This document shows positions 9,178 to 18,977 of a DNA stretch of 64,000 nucleotides, in pieces (position 1 is the stretch's first letter; every line of letters starts with the position of its first letter). Below the pieces are notes generated by a model. It was given only the letters and a program-made list of their open reading frames with translations, was not told the DNA's origin and ran no database searches. The position numbers and the translations under genes were made by a program. The DNA comes from Trueperaceae bacterium (GTDB lineage: Bacteria > Deinococcota > Deinococci > Deinococcales > Trueperaceae). Location of the stretch: NCBI GenBank assembly GCA_034520945.1, contig JAXHNB010000010.1, positions 160,001 through 224,000 of the forward strand. The letters are read 5' to 3'.

Positions 9178-10197
9178 TCATCGTGCCAGCAATGCGTCCA
9201 AGCTCGCCAACGCCCTGCGCAGCGCCCCGGGTCGTTCCAGGTGGACGTCGTGGCCTGCGTCTTCGGCGACGAGGAGCGGTGCGCCGCCGGCCCGCCGCGC
9301 CAGGTCCTCCTGCAGCCGCCGCCAGGTGCGCTCGGCCGCCTCGGCGTCGGGGTGGGAGCCGAACATGTCGTCGCGCCCGTGCCGGAGCACCACCGTGGGA
9401 AGGGCCGCCATGGCGTACGCGTCGGCCTCCCGAAGCGTCCGTTCCACCTCTTCCAGGCGTCCCCGTTCGGCCGCGGTCGCAGCGAAGAAGGCGGGGCGCG
9501 CCAGCTGCGCCCAGTAGGCGTCCAGGGCGTCGGCCGGCAGATCGGGGGCTTCGTGCAGGAGTGGTGCGAACAGGCGCACCAGCCCGAGGTGCGCCAGGAC
9601 CCGCACGCCCCGCCATGCGGACTCCGTGCGGTCCTCCAGCGCCACGATGCCGCCTGGGAGGCGCTCGCGTGCCTCCTCGTGCCTGGCGTCCACCAGCAGC
9701 AACCCCGCCACCCGGTCGGGCCGGCGCTGGGCGTACAGGCGTGCGTAGCTTCCGCCGAATCCGTGGCCGAGCAGCACCACGGTGCCCGCGGTGGGCCCAT
9801 CGCCCGCGGACCCGCCGAGCGCGTGACGCACCACGCGGTCCAGGTCCCGCACAACTGCGTCCGGACGCCCGGCGTCCCGGCGTGGATCGCTCCAGCCGTA
9901 ACCGGGCCGGTCGTAGCTGCACACGCGCCGGTCCTGGGCCAATACGCGCTGGGCGGGCTGCCAGTCGATGGTGCCGCTGCCGCTGCCGGGCACGACCACC
10001 ACGGGCGGCGATCCCGACCCGCGGCACAGGACGTGCACGGCGCGGCCGTCGACCTGCAGCCGCGTGCCCGGCGGCGTATGTCGCGCCGCGTCGCGGGCGC
10101 TGGCGATGCGTTGGTAGACGAAGCCTGCCACCAGCGCCAGCACGATCGTCGCGACGACCGCCAGGCCCACGCCCCGTGCGACGCGCCCGAAGGTCAC
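9178..10197 (-). CDS. Membrane-anchored alpha/beta hydrolase fold protein with non-canonical nucleophile elbow (GHGFGG)
   Basis: N-terminal TM; YDRPGYGWS; VVLLGHGFGG; RVAGLLLVDA; AGHDVHLERP. Confidence 0.85.
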   Translation of the reverse strand: MTFGRVARGVGLAVVATIVLALVAGFVYQRIASARDAARHTPPGTRLQVDGRAVHVLCRGSGSPPVVVVPGSGSGTIDWQPAQRVLAQDRRVCSYDRPGYGWSDPRRDAGRPDAVVRDLDRVVRHALGGSAGDGPTAGTVVLLGHGFGGSYARLYAQRRPDRVAGLLLVDARHEEARERLPGGIVALEDRTESAWRGVRVLAHLGLVRLFAPLLHEAPDLPADALDAYWAQLARPAFFAATAAERGRLEEVERTLREADAYAMAALPTVVLRHGRDDMFGSHPDAEAAERTWRRLQEDLARRAGGAPLLVAEDAGHDVHLERPGALRRALASLDALLAR

Positions 10198-10252
10198 CGG
10201 CGACCCGGGAACGAGGGGTCGAGGCGGCTCCGACGCGGCGCGCCATGCTGCG

Positions 10253-10762
10253 TCATGTCAACCCTAGGACGCGGCGCGCCGTGGCGTCGGCCAGCACCAC
10301 GGAGGCGGCGGCCTGCCGCGGCGGGACGGACCAGTAGCGTGCCAAGGCGCGGTTCTTCTGCTCGGGAGAGACCCTACGAAAGCCGTGCTTCTCGTAGAAC
10401 CGGTGCGCCCAGGTGGCGTCGGCCCAGGTGCCGATCAGGACGGGCCGCGTCGTTCCCTCGAGGAGGTGACCGAGCAGCGCGGAGCCGATGCCGCGTCGTT
10501 GCTGGCTGCGCAGCACGTACGCATGCCGGATGAGCGTCACCTCCTGCACCTCCTGGATGCCCATCACGCCCACGACACGTCCGTCCGCGACGTAGGCGAA
10601 GAACCCGACCCCGTCCGCGATCTCCTCCCGGAGTTCGCTGGCGGGCATGTACGGCTCGGTCCAGCACGCGGCCGGGATGACGTGCCGGTACGCTTCGGCC
10701 CCGTCGTTGACGACGTGCACGATGTGATCGACGTCGCGTTCGCTGCAGGGGCGGATCGACAC
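10253..10762 (-). CDS. GNAT N-acetyltransferase
   Basis: RBS GAGGAG before GTG; QRRGIGSALL acetyl-CoA motif; FYEKHGF. Confidence 0.9.
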   Translation of the reverse strand: MSIRPCSERDVDHIVHVVNDGAEAYRHVIPAACWTEPYMPASELREEIADGVGFFAYVADGRVVGVMGIQEVQEVTLIRHAYVLRSQQRRGIGSALLGHLLEGTTRPVLIGTWADATWAHRFYEKHGFRRVSPEQKNRALARYWSVPPRQAAASVVLADATARRVLGLT

Positions 10763-10895
10763 GGGTTCTCCTCTCGCGGGACAGTCACTTCCGACGCCTT
10801 GGGCGCGCGGGGCGGGCCGTTCGCAGGAATCGTACCGACCGGCGCAGTCGATGCGTCGTACCATGCGTACCGTACGCTTCGGAAGGAGGCACGTT

Positions 10896-13113
10896 TTGCC
10901 TTCTCCCCTTCGGGTTGCCGCTGTGCCACGTTCCATCTGCATCGTCCTGTCGACCCTCGCATTCGCACTGACGTGGTTCGCGCTCGCCCAGGACGTGATC
11001 ACGGCGGGCGGCGAAACCGACTATGCGCCGTACGAGTCGTACGACGAGGACGGCGATCCCGCCGGTTTCAACGTCGACCTGTTGCGCGCGATCGGCCGCG
11101 AGGTCGGCTTCGCGCTGGGCCCGTGGCAGGAGCAACGCGAGCGGCTTCAGGCCGGCGAGGTGGACGTACTCGGCATGTTCGTGTCCGAAGCACGGCGCAT
11201 CCGTGTCGACTTCGCGGAACCGAACGTGATCGTGTCGCATCGGATCTTCGTCCCGGCAGGCCGGGAAGCCGTCGAGGGCCTCGAGGACCTCGCCGGGCGA
11301 AGCGTGGTCGTGCAGCGCGGTGCGTACAGCCACGAACGGCTGGTGGCTACGAACCTCGAACTCGAACTGATCCTGGTCGATGACGAGCGCACGGGCCTGC
11401 TGCGGTTGGTGCGCGAAGGGCACGATGCGGCCCTGCTGACCGAGCATCGCGCGCGGCGCGTTTTAGAGGACGAAGGCCTGAACGGAGAGGTCGTCTCGGG
11501 CCCGCCCGTACTGCCAACAAAGTACGCCTTTGCCGTGCGCCCCGGCGGCGATGCCCTTCTGGCGCGTATCGACGAGGGTTTGGCGCGCGTCAAAGGCCAG
11601 CGGCGAGTTCGACCGCATCTACGCACGCTGGTTGACGCCCCGCGAGGAGGGCTACGAGCGGCGTCCAACGTGGCTCGTGGCTGGTGGCGGGCTCGCGTTG
11701 GCCCTGTCGGTCGCCGCCTCGTGGGCATGGCGGGCGCGTCGACGCCGCCGCGACGACCGGACCGCGCGCAGCGAGTTTAAGCATTTGCGTCGCCACGACC
11801 CGCTGACGGGGTTGTTGAATCGGCCGGCGTTCGAAGCGGAGCTGGCTCACGCTTCTGGGGCCACGGGTGTTGGCGCCGTATCCGGGCAGGACGCGCTGGC
11901 GACCTTCAACATCGATCAGTTCCGGCTCTTGAACGAGACGTACGGGCACGCGCGGGGCGACCGGGCGCTCCGCGACGTGGCAGGTCTCATTCAGCGATTG
12001 TCGACCCCGACGGACCGCAGTGCTCGGCTGGGCAACGACGAATTCGCCTGGCTGCTACGGGGGACGGACCTTCCCGCGGCTCGAGCGCGTTGCGAGACGC
12101 TTCTCGAACGCATCCGGACGGAGGGGGTCACCGACCTCGGGTCCCACGTGCGGATCACGGCAAGCGTTGGACTCGTCGCCGCGAACGGAGTGCAGGACGC
12201 GTCTACGCTTCTGCAATGTGCCGATGCAGCCACGCTCGCGGCCAAGGCGGACGGGGGCGACCGGGTGCACGAGTGGCAAGAGGACGACACCCGTTTGGCC
12301 GAGCGGCGGGGTGCATTGCGTTGGATCCGCGAGATCCGCGAGGCGCTGGACGAGGACCGGTTCACGGTGTTCGCACAACCGATCGTGGCGAGCGATCCGG
12401 CGGCGAGGTCCGTGCCTGCGGTTGAGGCGCTGATCCGCATGCGGACGCGTGAGGAGGAGATCGTGCCGGCCGGTCGCTTCATGCCGGCCGCCGAACGCTA
12501 CGGGCTGGCCAGCCGCATCGACGACTGGATGGTGAAAGCCGTCCTGGCGTGGCTAACGCCGAATCCAGCGCGGCGCAAGGAGCTGCGGCACGTCCACGTG
12601 AACCTCTCCGGTCGCAGCCTGGGCGACCCCGCCTTCCTCGCAGCCCTGGAGGTGGCGTTGGTCGCGTCCCGCGCGTTGCTTCCCTCGCTGTGCTTCGAGG
12701 TCACGGAGACGGCCCTGATCGAGAACCTGGACACCGCGCGCGACGTGATGACGCGCCTGCACGATCTGGGGTGTCGCTTCGCGCTGGACGACTTCGGGAT
12801 CGGGCATTCGTCCATGCGCTACCTCAAGCGTTTGCCGGTGGACTACCTGAAGATCGACGGCGTGTTCGTGCGGGACATGGCGCGGGACCCCGAGGCCGCG
12901 AAGCTGGTCGGTCAGATCCACCGGCTGGCCCGCACGATGGGTCTCGGCACCATTGCCGAGTTCGTCGAGTCCGACGAGATCCGCAGTCGGCTGCGTGGTT
13001 TGGGGGTTCAGGAGGTGCAGGGCTACGCCGTGGGGAAACCCGCGCCGTTGGACGAGGCGGTGGCGGCGTGCGCCCAGCGCACGCCGACCCGAGGCGCGTT
13101 CAGGCCGCGCTGA
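10896..13113 (+). CDS. Periplasmic amino-acid-binding (family 3 SBP) sensor fused to degenerate GGDEF and EAL phosphodiesterase; +1 frameshift near 11593
   Basis: RBS GGAAGGAGG then TTG; signal peptide; DYAPYES/GFNVDL SBP motifs. Removing one A from CAAAGGCC restores ARVKASGEFDRIYARW, then TM, HDPLTGLLNR, GNDEF, EALIRM, DDFGIG, KIDG, AEFVE, QGY. Confidence 0.85.
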
Positions 13114-14248
13114 CGGGGTGTGGATCGTGCACGTCCGCCAGAACGCGTTGCATCCACACGCGCGTCGCGCCGACCGCTGCGCCGCCGGGCCCCACGACAC
13201 GCGCCGGGCGCGTGCGCAGATTGTTGTCCAACAGGGTCGGAAGCCGCCTTCGTGCCTCGTGCTCGATGCGCTTGCGCACCTCCGCGGGCGCACCCGCCAG
13301 CTGGCCGCCCAACACCAGAAGGTTCGGTTGGACCAGGTGCACGAAGGCGGCGATGTGCGCGCCGAGTACGACGCTCATTCGGGCGACCACCTCATCGGCC
13401 GGCCGGTGACCCGCGGCGGCGCCGTCCAACAGGTCTCGCACCGTGACGCTGGGCGCACGGTGGCGTGCCCCGGCCGCTCGGGACAGGCGCGCGTGCACCT
13501 CGGCCAGCCCCTTGGCGGTGAGGAGTTGGGCGGCGTCGGGGTCGTCGACGCCGGGCGTCAGGTCGGAGGCGACGAGGCCGGCGTTGCCGAACGGTCCCAC
13601 GTAGGGGGCGCCGCCCAAAAACATGGCGAACTTGACGCCCTCTTGGAATCCGACGTACGCCGCGGGCCGCGCGACCTCCGCGGGCGTGAACTCGGCGGTG
13701 GCCAGGGCGTCGACATCGTTGACCACGGCGACACGGAGGCCGGTCGCGCCGCGCAGGCGGTCGCACAGGGGCAGGTTGTCCCAGTTTGGGACACGCCCGA
13801 TGGTGAGGATGGTGCCCGTCTCGGGGTCCACGTACCCCGGGGTGGCCACGCCGAGCCCGAGGACGCGGCGTTCGGGCATGCGCGTTCGCAGCCTCTCCAA
13901 GAAGCCGAGCACCTCCCGGTGCACGGCCTCGGGCTCCAGTTCGGCGAGGTCCGACGGTTCGACCGCGTCCAGGACCGTTCCGGTGAGGTCGGTCGCCAGC
14001 AGCCGCATGCCGGGGTGGGCCAGGTGGACGCCCACGAGCGCGTGCGTGGTCTCGTCGATGCCGAAGCGGTTGGCGGGTCGACCGCCGGTGCCTTCGGCCC
14101 GGCCGACCACCCGCACCCAACGCGCGCGCTCCAGGTCGTGCACGGCACGCCGAACCGTGGGCAGGCTGGTTCCCGTGGCGTCACTCAGTTCGGCGAGCGA
14201 GCCGGGGCGATCGAGGAGGTGGGCGAGGATGGCGCGTTGCGTGTCCAT
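13100..14248 (-). CDS. ROK-family transcriptional regulator
   Basis: N-terminal wHTH (SLAELSDATGTSLPTV), TGGRP, LGLGVATPGYVD, VVNDVDALATAE, LVLGG. Confidence 0.9.
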   Translation of the reverse strand: MDTQRAILAHLLDRPGSLAELSDATGTSLPTVRRAVHDLERARWVRVVGRAEGTGGRPANRFGIDETTHALVGVHLAHPGMRLLATDLTGTVLDAVEPSDLAELEPEAVHREVLGFLERLRTRMPERRVLGLGVATPGYVDPETGTILTIGRVPNWDNLPLCDRLRGATGLRVAVVNDVDALATAEFTPAEVARPAAYVGFQEGVKFAMFLGGAPYVGPFGNAGLVASDLTPGVDDPDAAQLLTAKGLAEVHARLSRAAGARHRAPSVTVRDLLDGAAAGHRPADEVVARMSVVLGAHIAAFVHLVQPNLLVLGGQLAGAPAEVRKRIEHEARRRLPTLLDNNLRTRPARVVGPGGAAVGATRVWMQRVLADVHDPHPVSAA

Positions 14249-14338
14249 GGGGGTCCTTGGGGGGTCCGGGGGGCGGCTCGGACGATACTGGATGCGACCG
14301 TGGCGTGGCGCGGGGCGCGCACCCACGTCGCTGCCCCC

Positions 14339-14371
14339 TTGACACCTTTTCGAAAGCATTATACAAAAAGG
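14339..14371 (+). promoter_or_regulatory. Sigma70-like promoter with overlapping putative ROK operator
   Basis: TTGACA (14339) N17 TACAAA; CCTTTT...AAAAGG inverted ends (14345-14371) between divergent genes. Confidence 0.6.
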
Positions 14372-14454
14372 CATCCCTAAGTGGCGTGGGCCGTTGCGCC
14401 CATCGCCGAGCACGACCGCCGCTTGCCACCTGACGAGGAGGCGCTCACGACGTC

Positions 14455-15986
14455 ATGATCGCGGGATTCGAAGGTCTGACCCCCCGCTACGGGGACCTGC
14501 ACACCCATTGCGACCTCTCCTACGGCCACGGCAGCCCAGAGGAGGCCCTGGTCAATGCCCGTTTGCAGCTGGACTTCGTGAGCTTGACGGTGCACGGCGC
14601 CTGGCCCGACGTCCCCGCGGACGATCCCGACCTGGCCTACCTCGTCGACTATCACCGCCGCGGCTTCGAACGTGCCCGCGAAGGGTGGGACGCCTACGTG
14701 CGCCTGGTCGAGGCCACCAACGACCCCGGCACGCTGGTCACCTTGCCCAGCTTCGAATGGCACTCCAGGCGCTACGGCGACTACTGCGCCTACTTCCGCG
14801 AGCCGCAGGAGAGCCGCATCATCGACGCGCCCGACCTCCCCGCCCTCAGGGCGGCCGTCCAGGACGCCCCCAGCGGGGCGATGCTGATCCCCCACCACAC
14901 CGGCTATCAGCGCGGCTACCGCGGCATCGACTGGGACGCCTTCCGGGACGACGCGTCCCCCCTCGCGGAGATCGTGTCGTTCCACGGCGCCGCCGAGAGC
15001 TGCGATGGGCCGGTTCCCTACCTGCACGCGATGGGACCCCGCGTGGGGGCGGGCACGGCCCGGCACGGTTGGCGCGCCGGCCACCGCTTCGGCGTGGTCG
15101 GCGGTACCGACCACCACAACGCCGTCCCCGGCGCGTACGGGTTCGGCCGCACCGGGGCGTGGCTGCCGGAGCTGACGCGCGAATCCTTGTGGGACGCGCT
15201 TCGTGCGCGGCGTACCTACGCGCTCACCGGCGACCGCATCGCGGTGGCGTTCACCGTCAACGGAACATTGATGGGCGGCGTGGCGCCCGCCGCCGACGCC
15301 CGCGACGTCGAGGTCGCCGTCCGCGGCGGCCACGGGCTGGAGTACGTCGAGCTCCTGCACGACGAGCGCGTCGTGCACCGCGAGTCGGTCTTGCCCCAGC
15401 CGGCCTTCGCCGGCGGGCCGGCCCGCGTCAAGGTCCACGTCCAGGTCGGTTGGGGCGAACGTGACGAGGCCACCCCGTGGGACGTGCAGCTGCGGGTGCG
15501 CGACGGTCGCTTGGTCGACGTCGAGCCCCGCTTCCGCGGCCCCTTCCCCTCCGGGGCGCCGCCGCTGGACGGCGTCCGCGCCCCGCACGCGCTGGAACGC
15601 CCTGGCGCCGACGCCGTACGCTTCACCACCCGAACCTTCCCGAACCCCTACTCGGCGATCGCCGCCACCGAGGGCGTCTGCCTGGAGATCGACGCCGACG
15701 ACGCCACGGCGTTGGAGGCCGTGGTCAACGGCGAACGCCACGACGTGCCCGCTGCGCGAGCTTGAGCGACGGCGCCCGCAGCGCCCACCTGGCCGGCTTC
15801 GTCTCCCCCGCCATCGCCTTCGGCCGCGCCGTGCCAGCCTCCGAGTTCGCCACCACCTTCCGTTTCCGCCACCACGCGCGCGACGCGGGCGTCGACGCCT
15901 ACCGCGTACGCGTGCGGCAACGCAACGACCAGTGGGCGTGGAGTTCACCCGTTTGGGTGCGCGCCGCCACCTCCGAAGGGGGGTGA
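14455..15986 (+). CDS. PHP-fold metallohydrolase (CehA/McbA- or DUF3604-like), paralog 1; frameshift near 15750-15763
   Basis: YGDLHTH, LDF, EWHS, PHH, EIVSFHG, GGTDHH. The tail YRVRVRQRNDQWAWSSPVWV, which matches paralogs 2 and 3, lies in another frame (net +2 nt). Confidence 0.75.
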
Positions 15987-16068
15987 GAGGAGGGACCGAC
16001 CACCGTTCACCGACGCCTCGTGCCTAGTCGGCGCCGCCTTGGAGCCGCGCCGCACCGAAGGAGATCCC

Positions 16069-17361
16069 ATGCGTACCACCGTTCGTTTCCTGCTCGTCCT
16101 CAGCCTGGCGTGGGCTACCACCGCCCTCGCACAGGACAGCAGCATCGACTGCGTCACCGACGAAGAAGCCACCATCACCTACCTGGGTGACCCCGTCGGC
16201 AACCTTCCGGAGACCGAAGCAGCCACCATCGCCGCCTTCGAGGAGGCCTGCCCCCACATCGACGTCGAGCGCGTCCCCGGCCCCTCCAGCACCTCGGAGG
16301 TGCTGTCGAACTACCTCACCATGCTGGAGAACGAGAGCGGCGACATCGACGTCATGCGGATCGACGTGATTCAGCCCGGCATTCTCGCGGACAACCTGGT
16401 GGACCTCTCCCCGTACGTCTCGCAGGAGGTGCTCGACCAGCACTTCCCCGGCTACGTTCAGAACAACACCCTCGGCGACGAGTTGGTCGCCATCTCGTTC
16501 CGCCTCGGGGCCGGCATGCTCTACTACCGCACCGACCTGCTCGACGAATACGGCTATGACGGCCCGCCCGAGACCTGGGACGAGCTCGAGGAGATGGCCT
16601 CGACCATTCAGGAAGGCGAGCGCGCCGACGGCAACGACGACTTCTGGGGCTTCGTGTGGCAGGGCAACGACTACGAGGGCCTGACCACCAACGCCCTGGA
16701 GTGGCAGGTCTCCGCCGGGGGCGGCCGCATCGTCAGCGACGCGGGCGAGATCGAGGTCAACAATGCGGCCTTCCGCGACGCGCTCGAGCAGGCCGCCGGC
16801 TGGGTCGGTACCATCAGCCCGCCCGGCGTCACCGGCTACCAGGAAGAGGACGCCCGCGGCGTGTGGCACGCCGGCAACGCGGCCTTCATGCGCAACTGGC
16901 CGTACGCCTACAGCACCACCCTGGACAGCGAAGCGGTCGGCGACGCCTTCGCCGTCACCCACCTGCCCGCCGGCGAGTCTGGCGACTGGGCGACCTCCAT
17001 GGGCGGCTGGAGCATCGCGGTCAACAAGTACAGCGAATACCCCGAGGCGGCCGTGGCCTTCGCCAAGCACTTCGCCTCCTATGAAGAACAGAAGCGCCGC
17101 GCCATCGAGAACTCGATCAACCCCACCATCGCCGCCCTCTACCAGGACGAGGACGTCATCGAAGCGGTGCCGTTCTTCGACGGACTGAACGAGGTGTTCG
17201 CGAACGTCACGCCTCGCCCCTCGACCGTCACCGGCGAGCAATACAACCAGGTGTCCACGCTCTACTCCGGCGCCGTGCACAGCGTGCTGACCGGGGAGCA
17301 GAACGCCGCCACCGCGCTCGAGCTCCTGGAGCTGGACCTCCAGGATCTACTGAACGACTGA
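16069..17361 (+). CDS. Sugar ABC transporter substrate-binding protein (trehalose/maltose-binding-like)
   Basis: RBS GAAGGAG; signal peptide; LYYRTDLL, PPETWDEL, GFVWQGNDYEGLT, AAFMRNWPYAY, GGWSIAVN. Confidence 0.92.
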   Translation: MRTTVRFLLVLSLAWATTALAQDSSIDCVTDEEATITYLGDPVGNLPETEAATIAAFEEACPHIDVERVPGPSSTSEVLSNYLTMLENESGDIDVMRIDVIQPGILADNLVDLSPYVSQEVLDQHFPGYVQNNTLGDELVAISFRLGAGMLYYRTDLLDEYGYDGPPETWDELEEMASTIQEGERADGNDDFWGFVWQGNDYEGLTTNALEWQVSAGGGRIVSDAGEIEVNNAAFRDALEQAAGWVGTISPPGVTGYQEEDARGVWHAGNAAFMRNWPYAYSTTLDSEAVGDAFAVTHLPAGESGDWATSMGGWSIAVNKYSEYPEAAVAFAKHFASYEEQKRRAIENSINPTIAALYQDEDVIEAVPFFDGLNEVFANVTPRPSTVTGEQYNQVSTLYSGAVHSVLTGEQNAATALELLELDLQDLLND

Positions 17362-17371
17362 GTCCGCTGTA

Positions 17372-17396
17372 GGGGGGGCGGTTTCACCGTCCCCCC
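17372..17396 (+). terminator. Hairpin after the SBP gene (partial terminator or mRNA stabiliser)
   Basis: GGGGGGGCGG-TTTCA-CCGTCCCCCC. Confidence 0.5.
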
Positions 17397-17411
17397 ACCC
17401 GGTTCCCTCCC

Positions 17412-18977
17412 ATGGACCCACGCCGCGACACACGCACGCACCGCCCCGCCACGACCCCCGGTTCGCTGGCGCTGGGCGGTGCCCTCGTCCTTCTGGGCCC
17501 CCTTGCCGTGCTGGTGCTGGTCCTGGCCATCGGCGCCGACCCCGGCGTGCGAGCCGCGTTGGAGGCGGGCGCCGGACCCGAGGCGCCTTCGTTGACGCTC
17601 GCGGTCCTGGACGGCTTCGGCCTGCTCGTGCCGTTGCTGGTCGCGACCCTCGGCGCTCTGACCGTGGGCTTCGGGATTCGTGTCGCCCGCAGGGATGCGG
17701 GCGTGCTGCGCCTCACACGCGACGCCTTCGGCTGGGCAGCGCTGGCCACGGCCGGGCTCAGCCTCGTGCGACTGGTACAGGGGGAACCCCTGCTGCCCGC
17801 GGAGGGGGCGCTGGGGATGCGGCTCATGGGGGGCATCGCCGGTCCCGCCGTCGCGTTCGCGGCCGCGTTCGCCCTGAGGACCGCCCTCGCCCGGGCCTCC
17901 GAAGCGCCCGATCTGCCTTCCGAACCCCTGCCGGCGCGGGAGCGACGCTCCGCGTGGAACCTCCTCCTGCCCGCGCTGCTCATCCTTCTGGTGGTCGCCG
18001 CGCGCCCCCTCGAGGGCACCGTCATCACCAGCCTCACCGACAAGCGTTTCGCCTCGGATCAAGTGACCCAGTTCGTGGGCCTTCAGAACTACCGGGAGCT
18101 GCTCTCGATCCAGTTCGACACCCTCACCTGCCGCGAGGCGGACGATGGCGGCTGCGCGCGCAGCGCGAACGGCAACATCCAATGGGACGTCCTGCCGCGC
18201 GAACGGCTCGTGGAGGGGTACCGCTCCGTATGGACGTGGAACCTCCCCTTCGTCACCCGCTCCGGCGAGGCCTGGACGCTGAGCGCCCTCGACGCCGCCT
18301 GGATCCGCAGCATCTGGGTGACGGTCGTATTCACGATATTTTCCGTATTTTTCGAGCTCGTCCTGGGCCTGTTCATCGCCCTCACCGTGCACTCGGCGTT
18401 CGCGGGACGCGGCCTCATGCGCGCGGTGATGCTGATCCCATGGGCCATCCCGACGGTGGTCGCCGCGCGCCTCTGGGAGGTGATCCTGAAGGACTCGAGT
18501 GCCGGCGTGCTGAACTCGGGCCTGATGACGCTCGGCCTCATCGACCGGCCCCAGGCGTGGCTCACGAACGCGTCGCTGCAACTCCCGTCGGTGATCGCGA
18601 TCGACGTGTGGAAGACGGCACCGTTCATGGCCCTGCTCCTCCTCGCCGGCCTGCAAACGATCCCCCGCGAACTGTACGAGTCGGCGCGCGTGGACGGGGC
18701 CAACCGCGTCCGCGAGTTCTTCGCCATCACCCTGCCCCTGTTGCGTCCCGCCATCGGGGTCGCCCTCATCTTCCGCACCCTGGACGCCCTGCGCGTGTTC
18801 GACCAGTTCCAGGTCCTCTTCGGCCGCTCGAAGCGGAGCGTCTCCACCTACAACTTCGAGGTGTTGATCAACAACCAGGAAGCCGGGTACGCCGCCGCCA
18901 TCGGGGTGCTCATCTTCTTGCTCATCTTTGCCTTCGCCATAGCCTACGTGCGCGTCCTGGGGGTGAATCGTTCATGA
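17412..18977 (+). CDS. Sugar ABC permease (MalF-like) with long N-terminal membrane extension
   Basis: FVGLQNY, LIPWAIP, DVWKTAPFMALLLLAGLQTIP, EAA loop ESARVDGAN, ITLPLLRP. Confidence 0.92.
   Translation: MDPRRDTRTHRPATTPGSLALGGALVLLGPLAVLVLVLAIGADPGVRAALEAGAGPEAPSLTLAVLDGFGLLVPLLVATLGALTVGFGIRVARRDAGVLRLTRDAFGWAALATAGLSLVRLVQGEPLLPAEGALGMRLMGGIAGPAVAFAAAFALRTALARASEAPDLPSEPLPARERRSAWNLLLPALLILLVVAARPLEGTVITSLTDKRFASDQVTQFVGLQNYRELLSIQFDTLTCREADDGGCARSANGNIQWDVLPRERLVEGYRSVWTWNLPFVTRSGEAWTLSALDAAWIRSIWVTVVFTIFSVFFELVLGLFIALTVHSAFAGRGLMRAVMLIPWAIPTVVAARLWEVILKDSSAGVLNSGLMTLGLIDRPQAWLTNASLQLPSVIAIDVWKTAPFMALLLLAGLQTIPRELYESARVDGANRVREFFAITLPLLRPAIGVALIFRTLDALRVFDQFQVLFGRSKRSVSTYNFEVLINNQEAGYAAAIGVLIFLLIFAFAIAYVRVLGVNRS

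Noticed and set aside
11585..11600. Programmed frameshifting or phase variation at the broken genes
   Set aside because: The runs are only 2-4 nt with no canonical slippery heptamer or long SSR; error or decay is simpler.
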